Origin: Squalus acanthias
Taxonomy: Eukaryota
Direction of reading: 5' to 3'
DNA length: 64,000 nucleotides
Assembly (NCBI GenBank): GCA_030390025.1
Contig: CM059437.1
Span: 15,748,001-15,812,000, forward strand
Shown: positions 39,456 to 52,662 of the stretch, one piece after another
Numbering within the stretch: the first letter of the stretch is position 1
How the letters are laid out: each line of letters starts with the position of its first letter
Made by a program: the position numbers and the translations under genes
Notes under the pieces: generated by a model
Told to the model about the DNA's origin: nothing
Databases searched by the model: none
What the model saw: only the letters and a program-made list of their open reading frames with translations

Positions 39456-41605
39456 ACTAACTATATATTATATATACACCAGTGGAATGTAACTTTAGGT
39501 TGGACATCATCCACAGGACTTGTGCTGTGGCATAAGGGCAATTTGATTTGTTTTTATACGAACAGCAGAATCCCAATGCAGGTTAAGCTCAAACAGTCCA
39601 ACCGTCTCCATCATGTTTCATACAAAATGCAGGGCCAAGCTGTGGGACAGAATTGTGGCAAAAAAAATGGAACTGTTGCAGGGCAGGAAGATTTGTCTAA
39701 ACCAACCTGTCACTCAGTACCCTGGAAGGAGTCGTCAGCCCAATGGAAAGCATATTGCTTTGGCAAAGCCCCTGATGAGAATTTACATTTAGTGGCAGAT
39801 AAGCCTGGTATGCAGATTTGGAGTTGGATGTCTCGCAAGAAGGTCATAAGCTGCCTGCTAAAGGGTATAAGCAGATGTTCATAGTGTAGCTGATTGGGAA
39901 ACTCTGACTTGGGATGGCAAGATCAGTACTTTCAATTGGGTTGAAGAGATTCAAGCAGATGCTGGTGAAACTCAGCATCACCAACATTGGAACCTCCATT
40001 TGATAAGTATAGCATGTAAACCTGTAGTGGTCAGTTGTCTAATGACCAATTAGTCAGAAGATTATAGGTTCAAGCCTACCATGGATTTGAGCACATAAAT
40101 CGAGGTTGAGACTACAGTGCAGTCCTGGGGACGGCGGTGTTCTCAAAAGTTGCTGTGCTTCTGAGGAGATGTTAAATGAAGATAGGAGGATAAGCACAAT
40201 TTCTTAAGGGTCTAGGTGGCAGCAAGATGAAATGACTAATGATGGAAATTCAGAGACAAGTCAATTCTCCAGCGCAGACTGGATATTTCGATATCTATAC
40301 CAAACAGGGTTACAGGACCTCAGGGCAATGTTGATGATCGAGTAGCCAACTTGGCTCATTATTGAAACCTGAGAGTAAACCAAGAACTGGGAGCTGGGAA
40401 TCTTCCCATTTGGCTCCAAAGAAGCTTACAAGCCACTGCCCCAACAGGTACGGTGATGTTGGCCAGATATGCAACGAGAAGCTTACCAGTGCACTGTGCT
40501 GGTAAAATGGGATTTTGGCTGGTTAAACTCCAGCAGTACACCTGTGCACAAGTGGCTTCTAAGCATTTGGCTCTTGAAAATCTGCATCTAAGCTCTCTGT
40601 ATTTAGGAAGTGGGATTTATTCTTAGCTAGAGTGGGTGGGGAAAAAGCATCCACTCACATTGGGCAAGTAGAAACTCTACTAGTGTGGATGGCACAGTAG
40701 CTTGGTTTCAAGACTCCAGCATGATGAGTTCCTGTGCATGTCAGACATCTGGCTGACCAGAAAAGTATTTTTATCCATAAATTACTGGAAAATAAAATTG
40801 CTGCCGAAAACACACATTTGCAGTGATTTCATTTGTTCCCCTTCTGCTTGCTACTTGCTTATTTGTAGGTTTTTTATCTGTTCAGTTATGATTTGCTTTA
40901 AGACTATTTTAGACAATTGGATGCAACAATGTGTGAAAATTTAAAGTGACAGAGGTGCACAAGATTCTTAAATTGATAGTATGCTCAAAGTAACTGATGT
41001 CAGTGCTGGTATGTAACATTTTGTCTCCACTAACGTGAAGCACCTTTTCTTCTGCCCCAATATATTTTTCTAACTTCTTGACCAATGTGATTTTTTTTTA
41101 ATTACTCACAGCAGCTGCCCATCCAGTATCTAAAGGAAAACATCCAAATTAATTGGAGCTGGATGTGCGGAGTTTTGTGCTGTGAGCGCAATCCCATTTG
41201 GATCTGGGCTGAATCTGCCCAAACTCATTTCCTGCAAAGTGAAGGAATTTTCATCCATCAATCTGGGCTGGATTTGAACCTAGAAATAAAATAACATTCT
41301 AACCTATTTTAGCAACAGTCACTTAACCCCTGGAATTTTACTGAATTGGTTCTTCAATACAACAAATAGTTTTCTTTTAAGCAGGTAGCCAGTATATCAT
41401 TCAAGGGACCAAACAAACAGTCATCAAAACCATCTCTTCCTGCTCCATCAATATTGATGACAACACGCTCCACTCTCAAGGATCTACCACTCTTCACTTG
41501 GCGAGGCCATGACCAAAAAGGTGGCATACACACTCTTCTGCTACTGCCGCCTCCTCTGCAAAAGCATGGTATTAACTTTTGACGTTTCCTGCAGGCTCTA
41601 CTATA

Positions 41606-42027
41606 GGGAATGGTAGCATAGTGGTTATGTTGCTGGACTAGTAATCCAGAGGTCTGGACGAATGATCCAGAGACGTGAGTTCAAATCCCACCACGGCAGC
41701 TGGGGAAATTTAAATTCAGTTAATTAAATAAATCAGTAATGTAATGACGACCATGAAACTACCGGATTGTCGTAAAAACCCATCTGGTTTACTAATGTCC
41801 TTTAGGAAAGGAAATCTGCCGTCCTTACCCGGTCTGGCCTATGTGACGCCAGACCCACAGCAATACGGTGGACTCTTAACTGCCCTCTGAAATGGCCTAG
41901 CAAGCCACTTAGTCGGTTCTCACCACAGACTGCTGCAGAAGGCACCTCACCACCACCTTCTCAAGGGCAGTTAGGGATGACCAATAAATGCTGGCCTCGT
42001 CAGCGATGCCCACATCCCATGTATAAA
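41606..42027 (+). mobile_element. tRNA-derived SINE sharing both head and tail with the LINE at 21923-25170
   Basis: A box TAGCATAGTGG (41614-41624), B box GTTCAAATC (41679-41687); tail caccaccaccttctcaagggca...caataaatgctggc matches the LINE 3' end. Confidence 0.85.
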
Positions 42028-43143
42028 TTCAGTACAACACTTTTGTATACTAGTATGGGAGCGACAAGGCCATCTCCTCCCCAGTATTTCAACAGTGGTG
42101 GTACAGTACATGCTGACTGCTGGCAATTTTTTTTTAAGTGTACTAAGAGTAGCCACATTTTTGTAACTTTGCCAACATGCAACAAAAACCTCAACACAAA
42201 GTCGAATGCAGAGTTGTTACTATGGTAGTGTTAGATTACGTTAGCTGTGAATAGAAAACATCACCTCACCACAATACAGACTAAGGTAACTACTGTCCTT
42301 AAAACTTGCTGAAAGATCTGATTTCAACCTGCATTTCACAGCTATAGTTGTAAATTTTATAGCTGATCCAAGCAGCTTCCTGAGCCAAGAAATATGACCC
42401 ACAAAGATACGAATGTCAAGAAATACAATGTTCAGTCACTGTCAGATTGAATAGTATTACGATCAGGTGGCACACTCTCATTGCAGCAGACAAGTTGCCT
42501 GGATTTATCATCTGGAAGACATTTTTGTAGAAAATAAAATCATGGAATATATTCTGTTTGGGAAAGAAAGGAATAAACGGGGGTGGGGGGGGGAAAGAGA
42601 GGAAGGAGAGAAAATATAAATGCAATCCTCCCCCAAAAAATATGAAAAAAAATAGGGTCAAACTGCAAGAGCTAAAATCTGATACAAACCCTTGTAGCGC
42701 TAAAATATTATGTATGAAACAGTCAGGTGCATTTTCACCCCCTCCACATACCATTGTGCTCAAGATAACTGGTTTTCAGGGCTTAGTCAATGTCATTCTG
42801 AAACCAATCTGCAGGGGGTGCTGGGCCAAGACCGGATCAACTGATTTTCACTTCCACCTTGTGGGGGAAGCACCTGAATTTTAATTGGCCCTTTCTATAA
42901 TTAGGATTATGATGCTCAGGATTATGGAGATCATGAAGTCAGTGCACAGTTCCAGGGGGCGGGCGGGGGATGACCAATTTTAAAATCCATCAACACTCAA
43001 ATTTAATCAACATAATCCAACAAGTCAAGACAATTTGTTTTTAATGTGAAGACCTAACGTAATCAGTGTTAGGCGAGTCTCTGAAAATGCATGCAAACAA
43101 AACAATTACTGTTTAAATTTGCCTGAAGACAGTAATAGGAGAT

Positions 43144-43368
43144 AAAAACAGAAAATGCTGGAAATACTCAGGTCAGGCAGCATCTGTGGAGAGAGAAACA
43201 GAGTTAACATTTCAGGTCGATGACCCTTCTCCAGTTCTGACGAAGGGTCATTGACCTGAAACGTTAACTCGGTTTCTCTCTCCACAGATGCTGCCTGACC
43301 TGAGTATTTCCAGCATTTTCTGTTTTTATTTCAGATTTCCAGCATCCGCAGTATTTTGCTTTTGTATT
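43144..43368. mobile_element. Fold-back Penelope-like fragment, family B
   Basis: Inverted arms of about 85 bp; degenerate 13-bp TSD AGTAATAGGAGAT (43131-43143) and AGTACTACGAGAT (43369-43381). Confidence 0.8.
43233..43269 (+). ncRNA. Minimal type I hammerhead ribozyme motif
   Basis: agtt-CTGACGA-a-GGGTC(att)GACCT-GAAA-CGTT-aact: stem I agtt/aact, palindromic ACGT stem III. Confidence 0.75.
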
Positions 43369-43567
43369 AGTACTACGAGATGTTCAATTATGGATTATAA
43401 AATAATCTAATAGTGTTCAAATGTGCGTATCGATAAGGGTTTGGATACCAAAAGTATAACAATGTTCCAATTAAAAATAAAACAAAGCAGCAGTTCTGGA
43501 GGATGTCACATACAAAACTTGGTTTACAGGAATGGGAGGGTGTGTTAATGTAAATATTTTAATATTG

Positions 43568-44481
43568 CTAGTAGCAGAACCTATGCCAACAACTCATCAA
43601 ACTACCATGGGATTTTAAGACTTAGTTGATCTGTTCACAGATGGAGACCAAAGATCACAGATCATAAAATAAATTCCCCCTGGTAAGTTAACATTTTTCA
43701 TGTCCAATTGGACAGTTTAATTCTGACAACTGATAACGAACACTAACCAAATACCACACATCCACTGTGTTGTGCAATTTCTGGACCACACGTTTTACAT
43801 GCTGCATATTCTCATCCATCATTTACCACAGATTTTTTTCAGAGCAAGGAGACACATCTTGCATATTGCAAGACATAACCAAGAAGTTCTCATGGATTTA
43901 ACCCTGGTGGATGCTGGAAGCAACAAGATTGAGAAATTGTAGAAGGGTAGCAGCAGATCATAGAGTTCCATAGCTTAATGCATGTTCCAACAATCCAGTA
44001 AGTGATTAGGTGAGCATTTGGATTCCTGCAGGCAAGGGACCTAGCCCCAGACAATGACTGTCTAGCAGCTAGTACTGGCTCAGCCCCAGCAGCTCTGCTC
44101 CAATCTTCTATGAGCTAACAAGCCAGCTTAATCTCCCCTCATCTCCCCTTACCTTTTTTCGCCAATCTCCAATTTTTTTTTTAAAATTTTTTTTTAATAT
44201 AACCACTGAATCAAGAAAAAAAACTATTATTCTACTACTTCTAAAAGAAGCTGTGGTAAATGATGGATGTGAATATGTAATGTGTGAAACATTTGTGTGA
44301 CCCAGAAATTGTGCAGCACAGTGGATGAGACACTTCTGGTTAGCATTTGCTAGCGGTTATCGGAGTTAAACTATCCAATTAGATTGGAGAAAATGGTCTT
44401 TGGTCTACCATCTGTGAACAGATCAACTAAAATTTAAAATCCCACGGTAGTAAGAGTTGTGGAATGGATCTTGCTATCAGC
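43568..44481. mobile_element. Old element with long imperfect terminal inverted repeats
   Basis: ttagttgatctgttcacagatgg vs ccatctgtgaacagatcaactaa; catccatcatttaccacag vs ctgtggtaaatgatggatg. Confidence 0.65.
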
Positions 44482-45329
44482 CACATCAGCAAAGGAGAGG
44501 TCAAATACACCTTAAGGTACAGTTTTGTCATGAATAAAATGCTGCAGACCAGACCATCCTCATTCAATCCATTAAGCTGAATAGTCTGGCTTTGGACTAG
44601 AGAGTTTAAAACCAAACAGCTGGATTGTTTCTAGTGTTGTAGTATTTTAACTTGGGCAGATGTACAAACTCTGAAGTTGTTTGACAAAACAGAAAAATCA
44701 GAAATGGGATATCAAAAAAACCTCATGTCAAGTTGCTCCACAGCTGACCATAGGTATATGCAACCCTACAATTCAGTTCAGTAGCTGTGTAGTAGAATAT
44801 AGGAAATGCCAATCTGTGCAGCAGAGCTAGGTATTGAACATATGGTGCAGCACGGCATCTGCTCAATTAAGAATTGTAAAATTCTTACAGGACAAAAAAA
44901 TCCAAAGTCAAGTGCAACCTCCATAAAAAGGGGTCCGATTCTTGCAGATAAGCTGGTTAAAAATTGTAGCCTTCTCTCTTCCCAATCCCTAGAATGTTTG
45001 AATAGAGATGCAGATGCTTGGTCTCCATCATGCTGCTTTATCAAGTTGAAGTCAGACAACTTCCCTTCAGGAAATGGTTTGCAAGGATTGGAGGGAGGGG
45101 GGTGGCGGTTGCAGGGGAAACAGTCAGTCCTGGAGCATTAACAAACCTGCCAGCTGGCCACAGCACAACATGGATGAAAACATCATTGGCCATCTCCAGT
45201 CCATGCAGTCACACTGCATAGCACAAAACATGAAATATGGAGGGTCTCTCTCCCTCTCCACACCTATACAATGAGTCCTTTCACTTCAACAGGTGATAGA
45301 CCTGCCACTGGCAAAAAGGAAACCTACTT

Positions 45330-45468
45330 CTTTGACCAAGCTTTTGGTCATACGCCCCAAAATCTCCTTATGTAGCTCTGTCAAATTTTGTTCGCCAACA
45401 CTACTGTGAAGCACCTTAGGATGTTTTACTATGTTAAAGATGCAATATAAATACAAGTTGTTGTTGAA
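45330..45468 (+). mobile_element. L2 LINE 3' tail
   Basis: tttgaccaagcttttggtca...gtgaagcaccttaggatgttttactatgttaaagatgcaatataaatacaagttgttgttg. Confidence 0.7.
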
Positions 45469-45727
45469 AGTAGTGCAAAGGATATACAAACAGGACTGTT
45501 GGGTCAGATACACATTGGTATCAGAAAGTCCACTGTATGTCACAGACGAGGAGCAAAACCTGGGTTGTTCCACTCCTGTATATATGTCTGCAGGCATCAG
45601 TGCACCAAGTACAAGTGCTTGAATGTTGATTTTGCTTAAAGAAAATTTAAACTAATTGAAGAGTTATACCAGAGACCTTAATCCCTTGGGAACAAAGCAC
45701 AAAATATCTGCAGTGGAAATTGGCACT

Positions 45728-48700
45728 TTTATTTTTATATTTTCTGAAACTGAACCTACTTCTTAAAAAAAAACACACAAAATCCACACGCTAAACACAG
45801 CTCATGTGGTCAATACATTTGTCCAAGCTTAATGTTCTGAAACATATGTACAATGTCAACCAAACCCCCAAAATAGTGTCTATAAGACAAAATAATTCTA
45901 CATCAAAGATACACTTCCAGGCCAATTCAAATCTTTAAATACAAAACTGGTGTTACATTAACCAATTTGGTCAGCAATTTACTCATAACATTCATGTGGT
46001 ATTAGTTATCTGCAGTCATCATAACAGAGCTCATTCTGATCAACAAATACACTACAATAGAAAACACAATAGTTAGAATTCTTCAGAGATTCTAATTTTG
46101 TTTCTCAATGTGGATACATATTTCAAGTGTGTAACAAAAGGAAATGTGTCATGGTAGTGTTTTGGTGGCAGAGGAATGCTGTGCCTACAATGTCTTGCTT
46201 TATAAAGTCAGTTACCTCATCTTGTTTCACTTAAGTTCACTATTTATTTACAAGGGTCATAGATTATTTTTGCTTTGAATTTTTAATTGCTTGATTCTCA
46301 AGTTCTAGTAACCACTGGGATTTCTTTTTGGAAAGTACAATTTAAGCTATAATTGTATAAGCCACCGATGACTGCAAGGTTCTCCTTTTTCTAGGAAGCA
46401 ACACGAAGTGTGAAATTTGATCTAGATTTTAAAACGTGGCTATTGCAAAAATTCAACAGTAAATGTAATCAAAGATTAAAGCAAGAGGAAGAAAAATATT
46501 GCTACCTTGTTCTACAACAGGTGCGGTTGTCCAAGACTTGGCAACTTCAAAAAGTTGAGGTCCATTTAATACTGTTACAGTACTTTGTTTCTACCACCAG
46601 AAGGTGTTGGTTCACTTTCTAAATGCAACAGTGTTTATTTATTTCTACCATGTTTCTCAAAAGATGCATTTGTCCAAGTCCTGGTAGTTTCTCCAGCAGT
46701 AGATACCACAACACTACAATTTAGAACTTGACTTGAATGTGCACGTACTGGTGTTTTTCTGTAATATAATGTACACTACATCTCCTTTATGTAAGAGTTT
46801 TGAGATAGTACAGTCAATTAAATGGCAATTTTTCCACAAACCTTGTACTGATGGATTTGGATTATAATTTGAATTGTATTGATACTTTTGGGGGGGAAAA
46901 AAACATTTGTTGCCCATATGATTTATGAGGATCAATAGAGTCATGACTGTCAAGTCAAATTTTCACTGGTCCAGATGCAACGTCTCATTTTACTACAAAT
47001 CTCCACCATTGTAAAAGTGGTTTAGGATATGGTAGTATAATATGGGAGTCAGGTTGGCAGTATGACTCCTTATTTCACAAGTTAAGAGGTAAAACCACCT
47101 TGATGGAGATACTGTCACACTACTTCGACTGCAGTATAACCGGTGCAAAATATGAAGCAGAGTCTTCTGGAACTACAGAACCGTGTAAAAATTAAGTTAA
47201 AACGTTTTTAATGCTGTAGTTGGTTTTGTGGAGCCTACAAGTATGCATTTGCAGAGTTGGCTGTTGCTAGGCAGAATGTGACCTACTCCAGTGGTAATAC
47301 AAACACCAAGATATTTTCTGCAGCTTTAAAAGGCAAAAAATCCTACCTCCCAACTATTTCAGAGAATAAACTTTGAAATCAGTTGAAACCTTCAATTAAA
47401 AAAAAAGATTTGTTACTTGCAGTATAATTCTGCATCAGTGCACAGAAGACTATAAAAAGAAAGTTAAATGAGACATGACCAAGTGCAGACAGAACTATTA
47501 TATCTCAAGTTGCACAATATTTTACGTTGGACTGTACTGAATTCAGAACCAAGCAAATAAAGAGGCCAAGTTTCAACTGAAACCAAAACTAAAATGGCAT
47601 GCCAGACATTTGATTCACCGCAAGGATTAAGTTAATGGCAACAATTGCCACAATTACATTTTATACACTTGTCACTAGTGCAGCCCATGTCAATATTGTA
47701 AATTGGCAGCCATTTTAATTCTACAAATAGGTACTCTCTGTAACCAATACCTGGACCGGGGAGGGAGTGGGGCAGCGGTAGAGGGAAGGGGCAAATAACA
47801 AACATCTACTCCGATTAGCATTGTGTTTTACCGAACCTCCAAAGTACAATTGCACTGCGCTGTTCAATCAAGTATCGAGCCTCTTTCAAAGCAGTTTCAA
47901 AGGTCATCATGACGCACAAGACCAATATGTTTGGACGCTCACTGTCTACAGCTTCACTGTGTAGGTGATGGAAAACAAACAAGATTGCAGCAGATTGCAT
48001 TGAAACTCAAAATGCACAAGCAAAGAACACGCCATGACACAATTCTTTTGGGCACTCCATTCTAAATTTGTTTCAGAAACCATAATTAACCACACAATCT
48101 TCAACTTGAGACAATAAGATATTAAGAGTCTAAATGCTGGTGCTTTTACTTTCACAGGCTCTGTATCAGAATATACCTGCAAATTAAACTGGAATGCAGA
48201 GGAACTAAGCAGTTTTTTTTATCTGTACACTTTGCTTTTAAGCTAGAGGTTTCAGATACATAGTTACATTTTTTTAATACCCAAGTTTGACCTTAAATGA
48301 AGCTAGCCCTTTAAATGGGTACATCAATTGTTTAAATAAATACCAAACAAAAAAAAACTACATTTCTGTATATTTAAGCCCAGACTTATATTAGAAGTAA
48401 AATTAAAAATACAGTTCAGTAGAAAAAGCATTTGAAACAGTGACAATGAGAATAGTAAAGTCAAACAGATTGTTGTTAGACATAACAGGTGCAAATAAAC
48501 CTTGTGCTCTTCACTTGTTCCCTCTTTTCCCCTTCGAAAAAAGCCCAAACTATTTTCTTGGTAGTGCAACCAAATATACTGTTGAATTAAGCCATTATTT
48601 TTAATCCTTGGCGCTAAATAGTGGCTTAGATTTTTTTAAATTTTTATTAAAGATTTTTCTGCCCAATGTTACTGCAATTTTACTTCATATTACTCAAAAA

Positions 48701-50296
48701 TGAATTAACAATTGAGTGAATATTTCAGGACAGACGAGCTTAAATCTTCTGAATGGCTAGCAGTTCTAAATTCAGCAATAAAAAATTCCTACCCAAGATG
48801 TAGACAAAGTTCACAATGTGTTACTGAAATTGGTTGGAGCAGTCAAACTACAGAAATCTTGAATATTTAACACTTGGTTAGGAAATGTATTCTGTTGTGT
48901 AATATACAATAGCAGAATGCAATATACACCATAGCACTTGTGTGCTGTGTCAAGGAACTGAAGTGTATGCCAGTTAATTGCACAGGTTAGATCAGTATAA
49001 CCTCAACACCAATTCATAGTGTATTTTAGATTGGCTCCTAACTTGATTTTAAATTAGTCCAGTCACCTTCCACACAAATGTTTTATTTGACCTGGACAAA
49101 TTAATGTAATCAATTCCCAATATTTGAGTTGTTAACCTGATCGATCTTTTTTTTAAAAAAAATGAAGTTTTGATTTTAAAATACCCTCCTGCTCCTTTGT
49201 GGCACAATCAGAATGTTTCAGGGGCAATTCATTCCCATCCAGTCTCAATTTAAAAAAAAAAACATGAAATGAGTAGTGATAATTTTGCTCAATATTGTAC
49301 AAACAGGAATTTAATTTCCCCTGTGGCATCCCCATTAATAGGCTTAACTTGTGTCATTATACTCCTTTTACCCATGGAAAGGTATGAGTAATAAGGCTTT
49401 GAAACAGATCAAACACCATTCACAGTTCTGTTTCTTGGCTGAGCTTATACAAGTGTCTGATTGGCAGGAAATGTACTTGCTGCTACGGGATACTTGCTAA
49501 ATTCCAGTATTTCACTGTGCTCAATTGTTCGGCAGCGCCCAATGGTCGATACTTGCACCAATCAGTAACCTGGGATTTCTAATTACTCGATATTCTACAA
49601 CCTTTAAATCAACAGCAGTTGCACAAGTCACTTGTCAGTGCCGTACACTGCTTTAAAATGCTAAACCTAATGCTTTTCATAAAGTAAAGAGCAAGAAAAG
49701 TTATTTAAGGAAAAAGCTTCCAATGTGCATTTTTTAATATATAAACAATTTTATTTTCTAAATACTGTAGCAGTCTTACACACAAGGTACTATACGAGGT
49801 TAAAAGCTGACTGAAAAAGTACCCCAGCAAAAATATCAGACAGTGGCCAACATTTAGAGCAGTCCTATGTCGTTACACTTTTTCTCAAGATAAGCTTGTG
49901 CTTATTGTAGCTGCACTCGCAACATTTGGGCTCAAGCCATGGAAGAAAAGGTGAAGGACTAGCAGACATTTCTGAATTTTTATTACCATAAACTCCAGCA
50001 TATATATATGCCAAGAATTTGTATTCACATAAGACGATGTTTGGTGCTATGATAATGAACCATTTGCCTTCAGCACAAATATTTACAGGTAAGTCCCAAT
50101 AATACTTGGCCAATTTTTCCCCTAAAGACAGATGCTTCATTTGTTGGTTTAATATCAGTCTGTTTACATATGAAACTGTTAAACCTGCAGTCAAGATACA
50201 AATACATTTATGGCTAAGACAGCCAGTATCTGTAGTATTTAACACCATAAACTTGTTAGGGGTAAAGTTCCAGTCAGCTTTTGCAGATTTGCCAGT
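45728..50296 (-). other. FAM117A: Putative long FAM117A 3' UTR with proximal (49750-49755) and distal (45728-45733) AATAAA
   Basis: About 4.6 kb of AT-rich, transposon-poor sequence after the stop codon; extent is inferred. Confidence 0.55.
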
Positions 50297-50657
50297 CTAA
50301 ATTACTAACGAGCTCTGGAAAAAGGCACCTTCTTCAGCCGGAGCAAGTTTCCAAGGATCAAACTGTAGAGGTTGCTCCTTAGAAAGCTCAGCAAAGTCTG
50401 TGGTCCCTGAATCCTCCAATGGTTGCTGGAATGAGACCTGAGTTGTAGACTGGCAAGAGGTCAAAGTGCTCGATGATACCCCTGTGCTTGGAGAGGTCGA
50501 TGAAGCAGATGCTGGTAAGTGCCTTAATATTAAGTCAACAGTTGGTAAAAGAGGCTTAAGAATATGGACTGGGCAGAAAGCGGAGCCAGTGGGGTTGAAA
50601 TTAACCTTGTTTTTATCTGGACACGAGTAGAGCAGAGCCTGCCCAAAGGAAATGGCC
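50297..50657 (-). CDS. FAM117A: FAM117A last coding exon
   Basis: SCPDKNKVNFNPTGSAFCPV (GLCCI1/FAM117 motif); C-terminus FDPWK...FFQSSLVI* resembles human FAM117A FEPWQ...LFQSSLMV. Confidence 0.9.
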
Positions 50658-52458
50658 CTGAAAAAAAGAGCACACAGGAATGAGTAATTCACAATCATAT
50701 TTAATTGAACAGATTTGAAAGCATTTCAGCTAAAATAGAATTACTGTACATTTAGGGTGAAATCTGATAGTTTGCAAACTGAATTTATAAATCTAAATAT
50801 TAAATTAAGTGAAATTGTACCTAGGGTATTTTTGTTACCAGTTTGCCTTAACGTTTTTAACCATTGCAATTGGATTCCTGCAGCAAACCCAAAAATAAAC
50901 TTGAAAAATCATTTTTTCCCCCCTCCTTGTAATGATTTTATATAGCAACTGTTAGGAAACATTTTAGAAGGAGCCATTCATAACTCCATGCTTATTACAA
51001 CAGAGCAAGACACATCACATCCCTACATAGGGTACAGAAAACACCCAAACATGGCAAGTTTAATCAATTCATAGGAACAATTTGGGTTTACAGTCCCATT
51101 AACACAAGCAGGGTGCCTGCCTGAATTTGTGCCTCGGGACATGTATGTGGGAAGGAGATCCAAAGTAATATCCTCTCCTAAAAACAAGTAACTAGTGTGA
51201 GCATGTGCTTTCACAAGGTCACTAACCTATCTTGTCCTGCCCTCCCTACTTCAGTCTCTTGAAAATAAGGCATACTGTTTTATTTGATCTGATGACTTCA
51301 AAGCATTGCTTTTCAGCCACAGAATAGGGGCTTTCAAAAGTTTTGATCAAAAATTATTTTTTTTTTTTTTAAAGTAATTCTCAACTGTGCATATCACTTC
51401 CCAGATTTTGAACACTATGCAGCATGTTCAAAGGGCAAGGTATAATATTGAATGGTCTGCATAACACTTGTAGATCTAACCCTTACTAATCCAACATCCT
51501 TTCAATTCTAGCACCATTAAATGATGCATTGGTCACAGTGACCGTTCTGCTACAATGTGCACCTTGTTACTGTAAGCTAGTTAGTTTGGAATTCAATCAG
51601 CCTACTGTTCCATGATTTGCACATTTCTAAAAAATTCTGCACATTGAATTTTATTTAGTTGTTCATATTCTAGTGAAATATTAATTGCTGATTATAATCT
51701 GCAGACTGAGACGTTAGGTTATATAATATTTGACACTCAATATGGTTGAATTGTTTCTTTATGCAGCAGCAGAATTTTAAAAGAGAGGATCATATGAGGC
51801 AGAACCTGACACTAGTAAGGACCAAATAGCATTTGAGGTCCAGGGCATTGAACAGAAAGCCTTCAAGCTCTTTACCTAAATTTCATTCTCTTGCCAACTT
51901 CACTTAATTCTAACACAATGAAGCTCCTTCCTAATTTTACACTGAAAATTAGGCAAATACTATTGAGAGGTAGGAGAACACAAGACATTTTTATGCCCTG
52001 AAATAGGTCAGGTTAGCTTCCAGAACTTGAATGGCTGGAATAGCCCCACTTGTCAATATCGCCTGAACTAGGACAGGACTGCATTTAGAGGCTATACTTA
52101 GAAATTAACAAGGGGAAATAGTTCATGCATCTACACCAGCCCCTACATAACACCAATAAAACCAAGGGCTCAGACAATTTGAATGGGAAAAATTAAGTGA
52201 ATATGCTATCCACACATTAATTTGGAAATGAAAAATTAATTAGATACATAATGGGCACATGCTTAAAACCAAAAAAGTAGTCAACCTTGAGCCCCAAAAA
52301 CAATGTTGTGGAAAGTTTGTGTAAAATTGCGCTCAATTTAGCTGCACAGGTACTTAGCCAATTTGAACCACCATCAAATTAATATTACAACATACATAAA
52401 CTTCTTCCCGAGTAAACACTCAACATTGTCAATTGTTTAGATGCAAATCTTTTACTTA

Positions 52459-52662
<204 letters not shown>

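Noticed and set aside
39600-39990. Possible very old RTE-type LINE remnant (DWETL-like motif)
   Set aside because: Too degenerate to support without a profile search.
41606-41695. tRNA gene
   Set aside because: A and B boxes belong to a SINE head continuous with a central domain and LINE tail; no complete cloverleaf seen.
42558-42884. ORF beginning MGKKG, like the FTSJ3 N-terminus
   Set aside because: Starts at TTG, similarity stops after five residues, and the rest is low-complexity.
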